A DNA stretch of 62,272 nucleotides, the filler included, from Choristocarpus tenellus KU-1152 (taxonomy: Eukaryota > Protista > Phaeophyceae), in assembly GCA_964200185.2 (NCBI GenBank). It is 8 parts of 8 records of this genome, joined end to end, with 100 filler letters (N's around TTAATTAATTAA, not from the genome) between each part and the next. Parts side by side here need not be neighbours in the genome. Positions count along the whole stretch, not along the records: positions 1 to 13,126 come from CAXNAD020001579.1; 7 more parts are not named here. One strand, 5' to 3'. The notes under the pieces are model-generated. The model was given only the letters and a program-made list of their open reading frames with translations. It searched no databases and had not been told where the DNA came from. Position numbers and translations under genes: made by a program. Positions 1 through 13,126 of the stretch are shown here, piece by piece (position 1 is the first letter of the stretch; the number at the start of each line of letters is the position of its first letter).

Positions 1-178
1 AAACATATGGGCACTTTCCGCGGACCATTTTGGGTCAAACCCATCCTCCGTAGTATGCTCTATCCTCAATTTTGGTGAGAGGCTGTTATAGGCTTATCCT
101 AGCTACACCTCAAATCCTGAAAATTCGAATCACTAGAAATGCATTACAGCTTTCACATGAAATGTGAAATATCCGCGA

Positions 179-334
179 GACCCAAAGTATCTAGGGGTGG
201 GGAGAAGGGGTCTTCACCAGGGTGTGCTTTTGGCCCATAACCAGAAAAGGTGCACTTACATTGTCCGTCCGACGTATGCAACAAATCACACAAAATCGCG
301 ACATGAAAAAATTGACCCAAAATAAACAGCCGCC
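179..334 (+). mobile_element. MITE family A copy, right end truncated
   Basis: Starts GACCCAAAGTATCTAGGGG and follows the family A body to AACAGCCGCC; lacks the right terminal repeat. Confidence 0.8.
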
Positions 335-519
335 TTGTCAAATAACGTAGTGTTATCCTTACGTTGTCCGTGCTGATAAACGTATATAACATAGGTTTCA
401 TGTACGTTTATATTTGGTTTGGTACAAGACCAGCAGTAACGTGCAAACGGTATGATAAGCAACGGTATTGGTGGGCCAGTATTGGACACCTGACGGGCAA
501 TTAATGATTCAGTATATGT

Positions 520-1750
520 TTTAACAGATAACTCAACTACTAGCTTTCGGTGATGAGCCTTACATGCGCCAAGTTCTTCAACACGCCCAAAATATGCATG
601 TTGCTTCTCATATTCCACATGCACAACTTCAATAATCTTATCTCTAAATAACTGCCTGAGGACATGATGGCGTACATCGATATGCTTTGTTCTTAATCAA
701 TCAATTGGGTTTCCAGAAATCCTTACTGCAACCTCATTATCCTCCTACATCAAGGTACAGCTAGTAGTCCTCTCCAGGTTAAAAAACTCCAGTTCCTGTC
801 TCAAGAAGAGTACTTCCTTAGCTGTATCACTTCAAGCAACATATTCAGCTTCTGTCCTAGACAAAGACTCCACCTTCTTCATCCTGGAATACCACTATAA
901 TGCTACACCTCCCATACAAATCAATCCCCAGATACAGACCTCCGCTGATCCAGATCTTACGCATAATCCGCATCAGCAAACGTCTCCCGTTGCTTTCTCA
1001 GCCTTCCATCGTATGTGATGCCAGTTTCCCTTCTGCGACTCACATACCTCAAATCTGTTTAACATCTTCCCAATACCTCTGCCCTGGGTTACCGCTAAAA
1101 CTGACCGCATTCTTTACCGCATTGGAAATATCAGGCCAGGTCATGGTCACTAACCATAATAATTACCCGACCGCTTTCTCGTATGGAGTAGATGGGTTCA
1201 ATTTCACGCACGAATCCTTCTCAGACAATGTTCTGGTTTTAGATCCAGGCAGGTTATATTATATGATTATCTTGAATCGTTTCACCAACCCTTCCACGTA
1301 GATTTGCTGATCAAGCTTTAGTGTCCTCATTTTACGACTCCACATATTCTTACATCATCCAAGTCCTTGACAGGGAATTCCTTGTTCAGAGCTTCCAACA
1401 CCGCCCTGCCCTTCTCCTGCGGGTGAATAGCCATCAATAGATCATACGCATTTGTGGCCATCAGTACTTCCAAAACCCCATGGTCCACTACACGAAGTAA
1501 ACAGGGGTGAGCCTTGCATTGCTCGAAACCTAGTCCCTTGAGGGTTCCACTAGTTTGAGATGCCGGTTGTGCAATGGTTGTAAGCCCATACAACGATCTA
1601 CCTCTGTGACAAATCATTTCACAAAGGACATGGAAGAGGTCCACGGGTGTACGGATACATCATCACACACACTATCACAGTGATACTCATGACACAATGT
1701 CAAAAGAAAGTTCATCCCACAAAGAAGATAAGTTGCACAATATCCGCCTA
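520..1750 (-). mobile_element. Degenerate Ty1/Copia pol (RT-RNase H) relic
   Basis: Minus-strand motifs in Copia order: RSLYGL...LGFEQCKAHPCL (1327-1644 ORF), ADADYA (~960-980), SLSRTEAEY (~841-870), RTKHIDVRHH (~665-693). Stops and frameshifts throughout. Confidence 0.85.
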
Positions 1751-2623
1751 GATGACACCTGATATTTTTCCCACAGTGGGTCATCCATTCCACAAGGCTT
1801 GACCCCTCTCTTCCCACAACTTGCATGGTCACACCTATGATTCCCGTTTATTGCATTATATTTGGATTTTAGTGATACCCAGGAGGATATTATACTTGCT
1901 CCATTATGTTGTGCTCGCCACATATTTCGTTGGTATATTTGTCCGCGGAAAAATCTTAGGTATTTAAAAAATCAATCAGGGCAGCTTGCATGATGACCAG
2001 GACTTTGACCTGGCCACAGGTTGGTCAATGGCCCAGGCATTTTGAAGAAATATATATGACAACGACCTATCCTGTTAGCTGGCAATGTCGAAACAGATCA
2101 CATCTATGCGTCAAAAATGTATATTTACAGGACAGACTTAGTTATCACAGGTCGGGTCAACACATTCAAGGGTCTCTTGAATAGTCCAAAATAGAAGTGG
2201 GAAAAACTCACCTACTTGTACATCCCTCCAGCCTCCCTATTTCATGATCAAAGATTGAAATTGGAATCAGAAGAGTACTCGCTGAACTATATACTGGAGG
2301 AATAAAATATGTCACAATAGGCCTCATGAGAACCACTGCCAATGTCACCATATATGTGCATGTGGCAACAGATAACACTTCCTATCCCATCCAGATACGA
2401 TCTCTGGTCATATTTTCTAGAGATATCAAAAGACACTGATACCTGTCTTGACTGTTGGACTGTACATGTTCAAATACTTGGACCTGGACTGGACGTGTCA
2501 GCAAATATTTCAACCGATATGAACCATGAACTGGATAGAAAAATAATGCTCCTGACCACCTTTCAACACTGGTGTTCCACATTTCAACCATAATATAATG
2601 TGTGATGTCTGTAAGAAATATTT

Positions 2624-5600
2624 TCACGGCAAGTAGGGAAAGTTCCTTTTTGTTCCTGGTGAGAGGCAGTCTTCCTTGATCTCTGTCAGCCCATGAGTTG
2701 CGACCCTGCTTTCTGGATGTTCCCACAGCAGGTCCTTTCGAGCCTCGATCATTCTCTCATAGAGGGGCCTCAACTTAGATTCTGGGAGAGTGTAAATGTC
2801 ATGCACTGCACCAGCTGGGTCCTCATTCCATATCTGAGGGGTCAATGTAGAGTGGAGGTCAAGTTCAGCATACATGTCTAGAAGGGAGTAGTATCGAGAA
2901 GACATATAGAGCATATTGTTAGGGAGAGAACAAAGGAACGCAGGCAGTGCCATACACACCAGCAATAACCGATAATGGATATTAGTATTGTGAGCAAATT
3001 CTTGAAATAGTGGTTGTGTACCCAAGCACTTGGACACCTGTTTATTTTTTGCCCACTGTACTAGATGACCCAAAGTATCTGGGGGGGGAGCGGTATCTAC
3101 ACCAGGGTGTCCATTTGGGCCAAAACAAGGAAAAGTGCACTTACATCATCCATCCGGCGTATGCAAGCAAATCACCCAAAAATTGCGACATGAAAAAATT
3201 GACCTCAAATGGACAGCCGCCACCCCCCCCCCAGATACTTTGAGTCAGATGCTAACCCTAAACCTAACCCTCTTGTCAGATTAAAGCTCTAGCAAGCAGT
3301 ACAGCCTAATGCATAAGATTTCTGTGCCCTCAATCCATGTCATATACGACAAACTGAAGACCACGTAGACAATTTGCATTGTGCTTGGGTAGCAGTTCAA
3401 AAAGCTTGGGTTAAGCACCAACATTGCGGGTCTCAACCCTCATAGATGCCTCTTTCCTTCGTGCATGGGGATAGGACCTGACCTGGGATGGCACGGTGAT
3501 CATGATCTGATCATAATTTATCAACCGGTTGAATGGAGCAACGGCCAAACGGAAGCCACCATCTATGATGACGGGCATGCACCCAGCTGCCAAGGCACTA
3601 GCGTATCTGCGAAAGCATGTGTACATGGCCATAAGGAATTTGAAGTCATCATTATATAACGGTCGAATTTCAAGCATATGATATTAATACTTTTCTCCAC
3701 CCTATTCCACTGGTTCGCAGTTGGTTGGACCTGGTCTATAGATACTTGGGACTGTGGTGTTCACTTAAACCAAACATTGGATTCATCTTTACGCACCACT
3801 CTATAATTTGATATGCTAAGCAGTTGGGTCTAATACTATTGAAACCCTTGCCTTAGAATGACCCTGTGATTTTGTTTTATCCGCACCAACTTACCTGCTT
3901 GTCTGTGGGTCATCACAAGACATGACTAGGCAGAACTTTGAATCTTGGATCTCTGAGACAAATCCCTGTGGGGAAACAGTGGCATGGAAGATCAATTGTT
4001 TGTCAGCAACGGGTAGGGTGTTAAACTGTTCAAAAGTGGATCGGACGAAAAGAAGAAATCTGTACAGTTCTACTCATCAAGCAATGATACTAGAAATATA
4101 AATGAAGCAGTTTCAGGCATCTTTCTTCGCAGAATTGTGGGTAGTTGATCAATCCAATTTCATACAATACTGTCAACCACATCATCCCACTAGACACCCA
4201 ACTTTGGTCAATGGTACAAAAAAATCATGATCAGTACGTGTCCTTCATCTTGCAATATTGTGCAATGCCAACCTCGAGACAATGAACCGTCTACATACAA
4301 GAGTGAAAGTATCTTATATTGACACCTGAGTTCGTGTGTGTTGTGCATTGTTGTGCTTTGTCTATTTTGTGACGAAGGGTATCATAGTGCAACAAAGTAC
4401 CAGTATATTTGTTCTGGTAGGACTGATGACAAGCATTACTCGATCAGACAATGTTTGATGTGAAAGTGTGTTTGGTTGTACTGTGGTTAGCACGTTTAGA
4501 GAAAGGTGTATGTCATATTGAAACAAGACACCTGTGAATTCGTTCTGGTGCGTCTGACAGAATGATTTTCTCAATCAGACTATGGTTGATGTGAAATGTA
4601 TTCTGATACATCTGACGGCGTGTTTTACTCAAACAGACAATGGTTGATGTGAAATGTGTGGTCATTCATTGAGACGCTCAAATGAAGAAATGCATGCTCT
4701 GTGAAGAGGCTTGTAACCTTAAGTGAGAAGGGTTTCGAAGGATGGTTTTAACTTTGGTTATATTGCACCCCAGCGTGTATCTGGTTCACATATTGCAGAG
4801 CGAGCATGGTCAATTATGAGGGGGCAAAGCCAGTCAAAAAATAAATAAACATATGATTTCCAACTGACAATTTTTTGTGTGAAGGATAAGAAAGGGAAAA
4901 GCAAAGAAGATACAGTAGAACAAACTTGAATCAATAGCTGACACAACTGATGCAACACGGTATGCCCGTATGTGTGACAAGAAGCGACCATTTCAATGGA
5001 CAAACCAACATTCAGTATGGGCTGAGATTGAAAGTATCTTAGAGGGTGCAAGTCTTGCCAGGTTTGTCCATTTGGGGCTTGGCTTCCGACGTTTTTTTTA
5101 TGACATTTTCCTACTCCAAAATATTTCGGAGTAGGTACATGTATAGGTTATAGTGTCCGGAACAAGGATATCGACACTTTCTAACAAACGCGATAGCCAA
5201 AAATTATACCAAAATCGAAAAATAGCATTCTGGCCCCGAAATGGACGCGGCTCTATCTTCTAAGATACGTTGACTCTGACGTTACTGTATTGTATCAACA
5301 CAAATCAAATGAGTACCCTATGTTTTATTATCTTAGAGGGTATGAGTTTTGCCCTGTTTATCTATTTGGGACTTGGGTTCCCACTGTTTTTTTAATGTGA
5401 ATGAGTAGATCAAATGTATTTGTTATGAAAAGTTGTGTCTGGAAGAAGGATATTGAAACTTCCTAACAAAAACAATAGCCAAAACTTCATCAAAATCGCA
5501 ACATTGAATTTTGGTCCTCATACGAATACAACTCTACGCTCTAAGATACTTTGTCTCTAAAGCTCAAACCAGTACAAACTACAAAAACCTCGTATCCCGT

Positions 5601-8600
5601 TCAAATCAATGATATGGACAAGATCCCCAATACAATCAAGTCCAGATAATGATCGTCATACTGCTATGAGATAGTAAGAGGATAGTCGCATTTCAATCGA
5701 TGCATGAGGTGGAGTGAAATGACATCAACTGACTCCTGGAAAATAGAGGTACAAACAATTGACAGTGGGTACAAATTTTATACTTAACAGGTGTAAGCCT
5801 ATAGGCTCACCGCAAATTCTTCTACATTTACAAATCTAGGGTCTTTCAACTAATAATCAAACAAGCAAAACGGACTTCTACCTTGAGAATCCATGCCAAA
5901 TTCGATAACTCACTCTGTACCATCTTCCTTGATGGGACGAAGTCAGAACAACAAGCTGTTGACGAGGGGTAGCGATGAGCAATTTAAGAGAGTTGAGAGG
6001 CAACATGTTAAGGGAAAATGCAGTCAAGGTTATGCACTTTGACCTCAAATGTGGACGTGTAAGGAGGTGCAATACAGCAATAGATTGCTACCCTTCATGT
6101 CACTGTTGTCTTCAACAAATTGATTTGTGTTTTGAATCCAATAGCTGGGGTGAGGTGTAGATCCGCCTCTTGTCCTAGGCACCAGCGTTACCTTGGTCAT
6201 TCGTACTTGCTACCCCACAGTAGAGTTGCTGCTCATCTTTCTCCACAGGTGCCTTGTCACGGTGGGTAAAACATCTGAAAACATAAGCAAAAACATAATC
6301 TATTGAACACCATTCTTAATCAGAACAGAAGAATAACACTAAGGATAATTCACCTACCTGACATACATGCATTTATACTGCAATACATATTTGCCACTCC
6401 CAGTATACGCCAATATATTATCTCTATACACAGACCTCTAACGAGACCCGGAAGTCGAGGTAAGATGGATATACACAGATTCAAGAGAAAGAAACTGAAA
6501 AGCTCAATTTATGGACTGAGCTTAATATCGGACATTCGATATCTGTATGTCATTCTTAACATACTTTGGAGTATACATACACAAATTTCAAGCACTGCTC
6601 GACACCATGTCCTACCTTTGTTTGTTTCTTATCTTATGCAACACATACTAGAGAGTCCTCTGTCAACGGCAAGGTGTTTTTAACACAAAATATTTTTTCC
6701 AAGTAGAACAAAACTTGTTTCCACTTCTTCTGCAAGAAGTAGTGAGATAAAGCTTCACCATCGAATAAAACGTGACGGATTCTGACTTCTGGATATCTCC
6801 TCTAAGTTCTTCATAGCCTTTTACGTGCCAGTCTATCAGGGCAGCTACATGACCAGATTCTTCATGTATGCCATACAGCTTCTAATCGCTGTGGAGTATC
6901 TTCATTTTAGGCAGTGCCAATACAGTAGAGTAGCAGCACACTGACATTCAGATCAGGTACTTCCTCTTCTTGAGTCAAAGTATCGTAGAGGATAGAGCCG
7001 AGTCTGTTTGGGGGCCAAAATCCAATGTTGCGTTTTTGATGTAATTTCACTATCCTGTTTGTTAGGAAGTGGCAATATCCTTGTTCCAGGCACACCTTTT
7101 ATAATGTATACATTTTACCAACTCTGAAATATGTTGGAGTAGGTAAAATGTATACGTTATAAAAAGGTGTGTTCGGAACAAGGATATTGACACTTCCTGA
7201 CAAACACAGTAGTCAAAATTACATTAAAACCGCAACATTGGATTTTGGCCCCCAAACGGGCGCGGCTCTACCCTCTAAGATACTTCGATTCTGGATAAAC
7301 AGGGCTAAATTCGTACCCTCTAAGATACTTTCACTCAAATCTGAACCCCTCAATCACCTTTATGTGAGTCCTCTCACCTCGACTGACTTTGCATGGCCCT
7401 TAGAGATGCTCACATTTGGGAGGATGCTCAGCTCAAAAACCTTTGACCTAGAAAACGCAGCAGATGGGTCATAGCAATCTTTTTTCTTCCCTCGGAAAAA
7501 CAAGAAGATTCCTCTTGTGTTCCACTCTTCGTAGGAGAGTTCATCCTTGAATAGTTGCTGACCTGCTCTCACTGGTGTTGAAATGGTGCACCGCCACTTA
7601 CACCTCTGCCTCCACCATGGTGCAGGCACATTGACATCATCCACCGGATAGGAAACATCCTGAACGTTCTGGTGCTCATCCATGTACCGACCCAGTGTCA
7701 TATTGCGTATGACTTCCCTCAAGGATTTAGGATAGGAATCAAAGTAGTCACCTTGAAGCTTCCAGTCAGATATCTGGATCATTGAACAAAATTTACGGCG
7801 CACTCAGAGGAGGGATATCTCGGCAGAGCCACAACACAAGGATGGTCCCCAATCACTCAAACATGGATAGGGTAATTCGCTTCCGAACGTTTGGGGTAAT
7901 CACAACATCACACACATTAAGCAACCTATATTCCAACACAAAGAAGCACACCTGAGACAACCTGCGATTGATGGTCTTTTCTTTTTAAGGCCCCGACTGA
8001 TGAGTTAAAGGAGGCAATAGACAAAGAGAAAGCGTATTCACCTCACCGGCCAAAAATGGTCTCGGCCATGATTTCGCTGATACCATGGGCTGGATATCAC
8101 TGTGTGTACTGCTTCAACTGTTCGGTCGTAATGGCTCTTCCCCCTGCATATTCCAGCAGCAAAAGACGCTTCTACATCGTACAGGATTACAAAGAGTTCT
8201 GCATCCTTGGGATCTCTTCTTCTCCACGGGTGGTTCCAGAGGGCATTGAGCCACTGCACATTGGTGACCTGTACAGATGGACATTGTTGTGAAGATTGAA
8301 TACAAAATGTCACGATACTCTCTTGGCAAATCCTCCTGTGCACAACACAGATGTATTAGACAACATGTGCATACAGTTGTAGGCTATATTTCGAGTGAAG
8401 ACATTGGTATCCTCGAAGTCCTCTTCCCCATCAACACATGCTACACAATACATGTTCTTGGCATGTACCATTGTCAAAAAAAATAAAATCATGTACTCCA
8501 ATATTCCACGAACGACACAAATCAAAAGGTCTTACCCAACTGTGAACAACTAGTCCCTTACGAGCCTCTGAGCATTGCTCCTTGATCTCTGTCTCAGACA

Positions 8601-8757
8601 TAAGAGTGGTCAAGGGCTGCAAGGAAGGATACTCATCACGGTCATAAATGTAAAACGGCACCGCAGAAGGCCCTTCCCTCACTGACAGAATAGTCGCTTT
8701 AACCCTGACCGCTGGACACGTGAATAGAAAGAACACTAGCATGTATTGTACAATCAT
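2624..8757 (-). CDS. Exostosin-family (GT47) glycosyltransferase, complete 6-exon model, ~414 aa
   Basis: Exons 8757-8536, 8268-8047, 7773-7378, 3965-3895, 3606-3483, 2833-2624 with GT-AG introns; total 1245 nt in frame to TGA. Hydrophobic N-terminus, then FYIYD, RRRDPKDAELFV, PWYQRNHGRDHFW, LFFRG, SKFCL..DDPQTSRYASALAAGCMPVII, all typical of GT47. Alternative in-frame ATG at 8781. Confidence 0.88.
3067..3246 (+). mobile_element. MITE family A, full length (180 bp), intronic
   Basis: TIRs GACCCAAAGTATCTG(n) and C(n)AGATACTTTGAGTC; flanked by AGAT on both sides. Confidence 0.92.
4440..4662. repeat. Degenerate short direct repeats, core CAGAC(A/T)ATG(G/T)TTGATGTGAAA, 3 copies
   Basis: Core seen at ~4445, ~4577 and ~4634. 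Confidence 0.6.
5026..5276 (+). mobile_element. MITE family B, full length, TSD TGA
   Basis: GATTGAAAGTATCTTAGAGGG ... TCTAAGATACGTTGACTC; TGA on both flanks. Confidence 0.9.
5329..5557 (+). mobile_element. MITE family B, diverged copy with eroded left end
   Basis: TATCTTAGAGGGTATGAG ... CTCTAAGATACTTTGTCTC. Confidence 0.8.
6972..7336. mobile_element. Rearranged or composite MITE family B
   Basis: Reverse-oriented left part (6972-~7145), a forward-oriented half ending CTCTAAGATACTTCG (~7290), then a second terminus ending CTTTCACTC. Confidence 0.8.
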
Positions 8758-8879
8758 GGCAGCTTTTGCACCTGTGTCCATCCACAAGAGAGAGCAATAG
8801 ATACTGTCAGTATTGTAAACATATAACGAGATTTCCTCTTAGTGGTGTGAATTGTGCCTGACTTCTAGAGAGGGTACCA

Positions 8880-9842
8880 TCAATGCTATGGAGAGGGGTC
8901 TGGAAAGCCTTACTCAAACATAACGTCCACACCTCGTTTCAAAGACGAATTGCGACACATGGTTCGTTGCTCATATGTCGGAAGAGCTCTACGAAGGCAG
9001 TTGTAACCTCTAGAGCTCTCAAGAAATCATTTTCGAAGGAGAAAGTAAAGAGTTGATCATGTGAGGTCACCTGTGCATGTTTATCGTGGCGAGAGAAGTA
9101 TGGGTTCATTAGCTGTTCCAAAGGTGAAGAGGTGGACACAACACAAAATGTAGGGGCTATTCCATTAAGAACACAACACTCGTTGGGGCTATTATGGGGA
9201 GGAACACAATATTACGTAGGAAGGGTAGCAGTAAGGGAAAAGGGGGTAGTAGAAAGGGAGGAGTTGATATCTCCTCGAGGGGGTTGAAGCACCTCTTCAA
9301 GGAACAGATAATAGAGTGCGACTCATGGAGTAACCCGTTTTGATCTATCGTGCCTTAACCCAAGACTTAGAATGCTATAGGCCGACCGACCCTTCACAAG
9401 CGATGTGCCTCTAAGCTGTTGGGCTAACAAAAAAATTTAAGTCATGCTTAACCTTGTAAGACAGAATAGCATCCCCTGCTCTGCTGTGAGGAACAAATCT
9501 ATGCACCAAAATTGTGATTGGCCATTCAGGATTACATATATATTGCTCCCCCAATGTCAACCAAATATCTCTGAAGCAACACTACTGTTGCCAGATATCA
9601 AAAGGGTCTGGGTACAGCTTACCTCTTTGTTTCGGTCCCAAAGTTGTTTGTATCAGTAATCTCAGTTCGCAACCAATTCTCGTTGGTATCCTTTCGTAGG
9701 AGTGGTTTGAAAGGAATGGTAGTAGTTATTTACCTAAAGTATGTAATTTCTGTGTTACTGGATTGTGGTCTAATTGCTCCAGCGAACCGACTTCTACGAA
9801 ACGTCACTTCTTGATTGCTGGAAGGAGAGCCCTAGCACATCA
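8880..9842 (+). mobile_element. Possible LTR-retrotransposon 3' relic with candidate LTR 9149-9842
   Basis: Decayed coding-like segment, then a purine-rich stretch and a TGTA...ATCA-bounded non-coding block. No second LTR in the window to confirm. Confidence 0.25.
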
Positions 9843-10255
9843 AACAATCTAAGTTTCGTCATGTTCCAAACTTCATTCGGCTAACAACCTCTTGAGTTCA
9901 TTCACAATCAACCACATAGATATGTAACACTGTATGGTGTGCGATGGTTACATCACTTATGATCGGTTGTTTTTGGATAAAGTATTTTTAAAGGATAGGT
10001 TCTATTTTTTGATATATATGTGCACACATATCGTATTTTTTGGATATATATGCGCGCATGACAACGACGTCATTGGAACTGGTCCATATCCAACAATCCA
10101 TAAAAACAGACACACCCATAAGATCCGGATTTGATCAAACATTCAGAAGGACTTTGAGAATGAAGGTCCATTCCGATTCTGATAGATTCAATTCCCTCCT
10201 GTGACGTTCATCACTCATTCTGTGACGTATTGTGTTTGCAGTCGCCTCTAGGATC

Positions 10256-10638
10256 GGTGTTCTTATGTTGAGGACATTTTATATACACATATGTATATAG
10301 TTTTCATTGGTTTTCCCCTGACACATCTGCAAAATGTCAGAGGGCATAATAATATAAATCAGACCGATCTTGATTTCTTTGAAAGGGTTGACCAGCGCGT
10401 TAATCACTGATCAGCATATCGAATGAAAGCTCTTGATCTAACCTACCGATTTCGAGAAAGAAAATTGTGGGCAAAATTATTTTGGCATCGAATAAATTTA
10501 ACTGAAATGTTTTCGGTACAACCTTGAAAATGTTTCGGAATAAATTATCACAACCAAAATGTCACAGGGCATAATAATAAATTATGCTGATCATCGATTA
10601 CCTTCTTGGACAACCTTTTCAAAAAATCAAGATTGGTA
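10256..10638. mobile_element. Repeat family C: dispersed repeat plus a unit with ~55-bp imperfect inverted repeats (10362-10638)
   Basis: ACCGATCTTGATTTCTTTGAAAGGGTTGACCA...TGATCAGCATA is matched in reverse by TATGCTGATCA...TGGACAACCTTTTCAAAAAATCAAGATTGGT. The block GTTTTCATTGGTTTTCCCCTGACACATCT recurs at ~37600-37713 (-) and ~58735-58790 (+). Confidence 0.7.
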
Positions 10639-10789
10639 ACCGCCGAAAACGGTACGTGTCCGGCGGGCCTTGGCTTAGTACTGTTTAAGCCCCTCACAGG
10701 ACGCTGTAATGCCCAGTGAGCTCCGAGTTGTCACCTGACGATTGTTTCCTGTGCGCGACGAAACAACAGGTTGAGGAGGCTCGTAGGAT

Positions 10790-11925
10790 CCGGAGCGCTG
10801 TGACGTCGATGCAGTAAGGGAAGCATGTGGAGAACTTACGGGTACGAGACCTGATATCGAGACCTCGACACAATGTACAACAAGGAAGGTGTCCACTGAC
10901 TTTACTGATTACTCGAATATGGTAAGGATCGAGAAGGATATTGGGATGCCGAGAAGATGTTGGACCACACTCAGATGTAATGAATTTGGTTGAAATGAGC
11001 CTAGAGAAGAAGTACAGGCCGGTGTTCTTTTTTGACTGGTCTTCTTGCCTCGACTGTCTGGAAGAGGATGCAGCGACTCTCTCCAGAATGAATGTTGGAG
11101 TAGGCGGCCAGAGGAAGGGGGTGAAGTTGCCGCCACTCCTACCCCCTAGGCTGTTGGCAGATACACCTCGCATGAAAGCTGGTGATATTCAGACACTCAC
11201 GTTCCCTCAGAATGATCCACCCCCATTCGACCAGCCCAACATGCCTCCGGAGGAGTATGTTGGACAGACCCAAAGTATCTTGGGGAGGGGGAGGGGTCTA
11301 CACCAGGGTGTCCATTTGGACCAAAATCAGAAGAGTGCAATTACATTATCCATCTGACGTATGCAACCAAGTCATACAAAAATCGCGACATGAAAAAATT
11401 TACCCCAAATGGACAGCCGCCACCCCCCCACAGATACTTTGGGCCACAGGTTAAGGGGATGAAACAGATTTTGCAAGAGAGAGGTTGTTTATCCCAGTGA
11501 TGACCAAGGATGGGGGAAAGGACAGGAATAAGAGTATGAGCATGGCGTATGTTCTTGGGGAGGATCCGGATTTCAAGGTGGTAGAACCGAGTTTAAAGAC
11601 TCTGGTTGAGCGTCTTGGAGGACAGTGCTTGATGCTTCCAAAGTATCACTGTGAATTGAACCCGTTTGAGACAGTCTGGGGGCGAGCGAAGCACTCTGTA
11701 CGAGGCCATTGTGACTACACGTTGCCTGGAATGAGAGTCAACAATCCTGTCAGTCTTGAGGAAGGGGGGTTGTCCAGAGAAATTGTTGAGAGGTTCTTCA
11801 GGATGAGTATTGCTTTCCACCAGATATATTCCATCGAGAAAGGCACAGAGTGTACCAAATTGGACAGGGTGTACAAGACATTTAAATCTCACAGGAGGCC
11901 TGCACCTTCAAAATACTCCCTTTGA
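10790..11925 (+). pseudogene. IS630/Tc1/mariner-like DDE transposase pseudogene (long-spacer type), interrupted by a MITE
   Basis: Motifs EYGKDREGYWD, VFFFDWSSC..MNVGVGG, KGMKQILQERG, LPKYHCELNPFETVWGRAK. Frameshifts near ~10980 and ~11484; MITE A at 11267-11445. Confidence 0.82.
11267..11445 (+). mobile_element. MITE family A, full length, TSD ACA, inside the transposase
   Basis: Removing the element plus one ACA restores tat gtt gga cag gtt aag ggg atg (YVGQVKGM). Confidence 0.92.
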
Positions 11926-12499
11926 CTTGGCATGGATTGCCTGGATCAGAGGCCTGGGCCCCCATGAGTGAGTCTCAGCCAGCAGGTGACAACATCACAT
12001 AAACGGGAAATAATGGAAAGAGAATGGAGAGACAACAACGCGCATGTTCTCCATGTGAAAATGAACTCTTCTGGCGTCAAAACCGTCCATAAATGCGCGG
12101 TTCGCGCGCTCGGACTAATTGATTTAAGTATGATTCTGTATTTCTCACGATTACTGCAAGTTGACCAACCGAGACCCATCAAATAAGGTTGAGCATGCTG
12201 ATACGATTATAACAAACAAATTTCATGAAAATAATTGTTGTTGATGAAACGTTATGACACGACAAAGTTGATGGAGGAGGCGACTGCTAACACTGTAGTA
12301 GTTGAATGATTTGAGGAAAAAATCTCAAAAATATTCCAAAATATGTAGTACAAATTATTCACAAAAAGGATATCACTACTGTTTGTTTGTGGAGAGTTGG
12401 AATTTTATGTATCCATTAGAACAAGTGAGAGTTTATGAAGTAATGAGTCTTGTGGGCGGAAGAATTCTGGTTGACTGGGGGCACAGGACAAGTGTGGAA

Positions 12500-13126
12500 A
12501 GGGGAAAGAAAAAGAAGGAAGTAGGAAGAGAATGAATAGTTAAGGAAGGGAAGAAAAGGTTAATGGAAATGAGTGATAGATAAGGGGAAGAACAGCAGCC
12601 AGTCAGAGATAAAAGGAAAGAAAATCAGGGGTACAAGACGAGGAGGGGAGACCAAGGCAACCTCCGAGCAAGCTTCTCGTCCGATTAACAAAAGATGGCG
12701 GATAGGAGAGAGGACAACAATGAACGGAACAAGACAAGATGGGAAGATTTGATTGAAAACGACGAAAAAGAAGGGGGGAGGACGGAAGGAAACAATGGAA
12801 GGGTGGGAAGAAGAGAAGGGATGGAGGGAAAACGAAGAGGAGATGGGAACAAGGGCGGTGCAGAAGATGCAATCGCAGATCGAGAGGGCACAACGAGAGA
12901 TGGGATTCTTCAAAGGGGGGGAGGAAGAGGGAAAAGGAGAAGAAGAAAAAGACGGGAGAGAGAACAGGATTGAAGCCGAACCCAGTCAAGTTCAGGACGA
13001 GAACAACGAAATATCAAAGCTAACAGAAAGGATGGACATGATGATGGAGATATTACAAGAGCTATGCCGAACGCGAAAACCAGAAGGGGGAGGGGGGGGA
13101 CAGAGGGATGGGAAGGGGAGCAGGTG
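12500..13126 (+). other. Purine-rich, charged/coiled-coil ORF fragment, possibly a retroelement gag N-terminus; cut by gap
   Basis: ORF 12753-13126 (MQSQIERAQRE...EISKLTERMDMMMEILQELCR); no diagnostic motif. Confidence 0.3.

Noticed and set aside
3010-3243. Recurring short ORFs with PKYLGG/HQGVHL or PSKIL/FGVG peptides (also 7169, 15240, 16725, 18024, 24003, 25375, 51657)
   Set aside because: Chance translations of MITE A and B; frames and stops are not conserved between copies.
3253-3270. Telomere-like CCCTAA units (also ~36895-36908 and ~62232-62241)
   Set aside because: Only 2-3 imperfect interstitial units; not a telomere.
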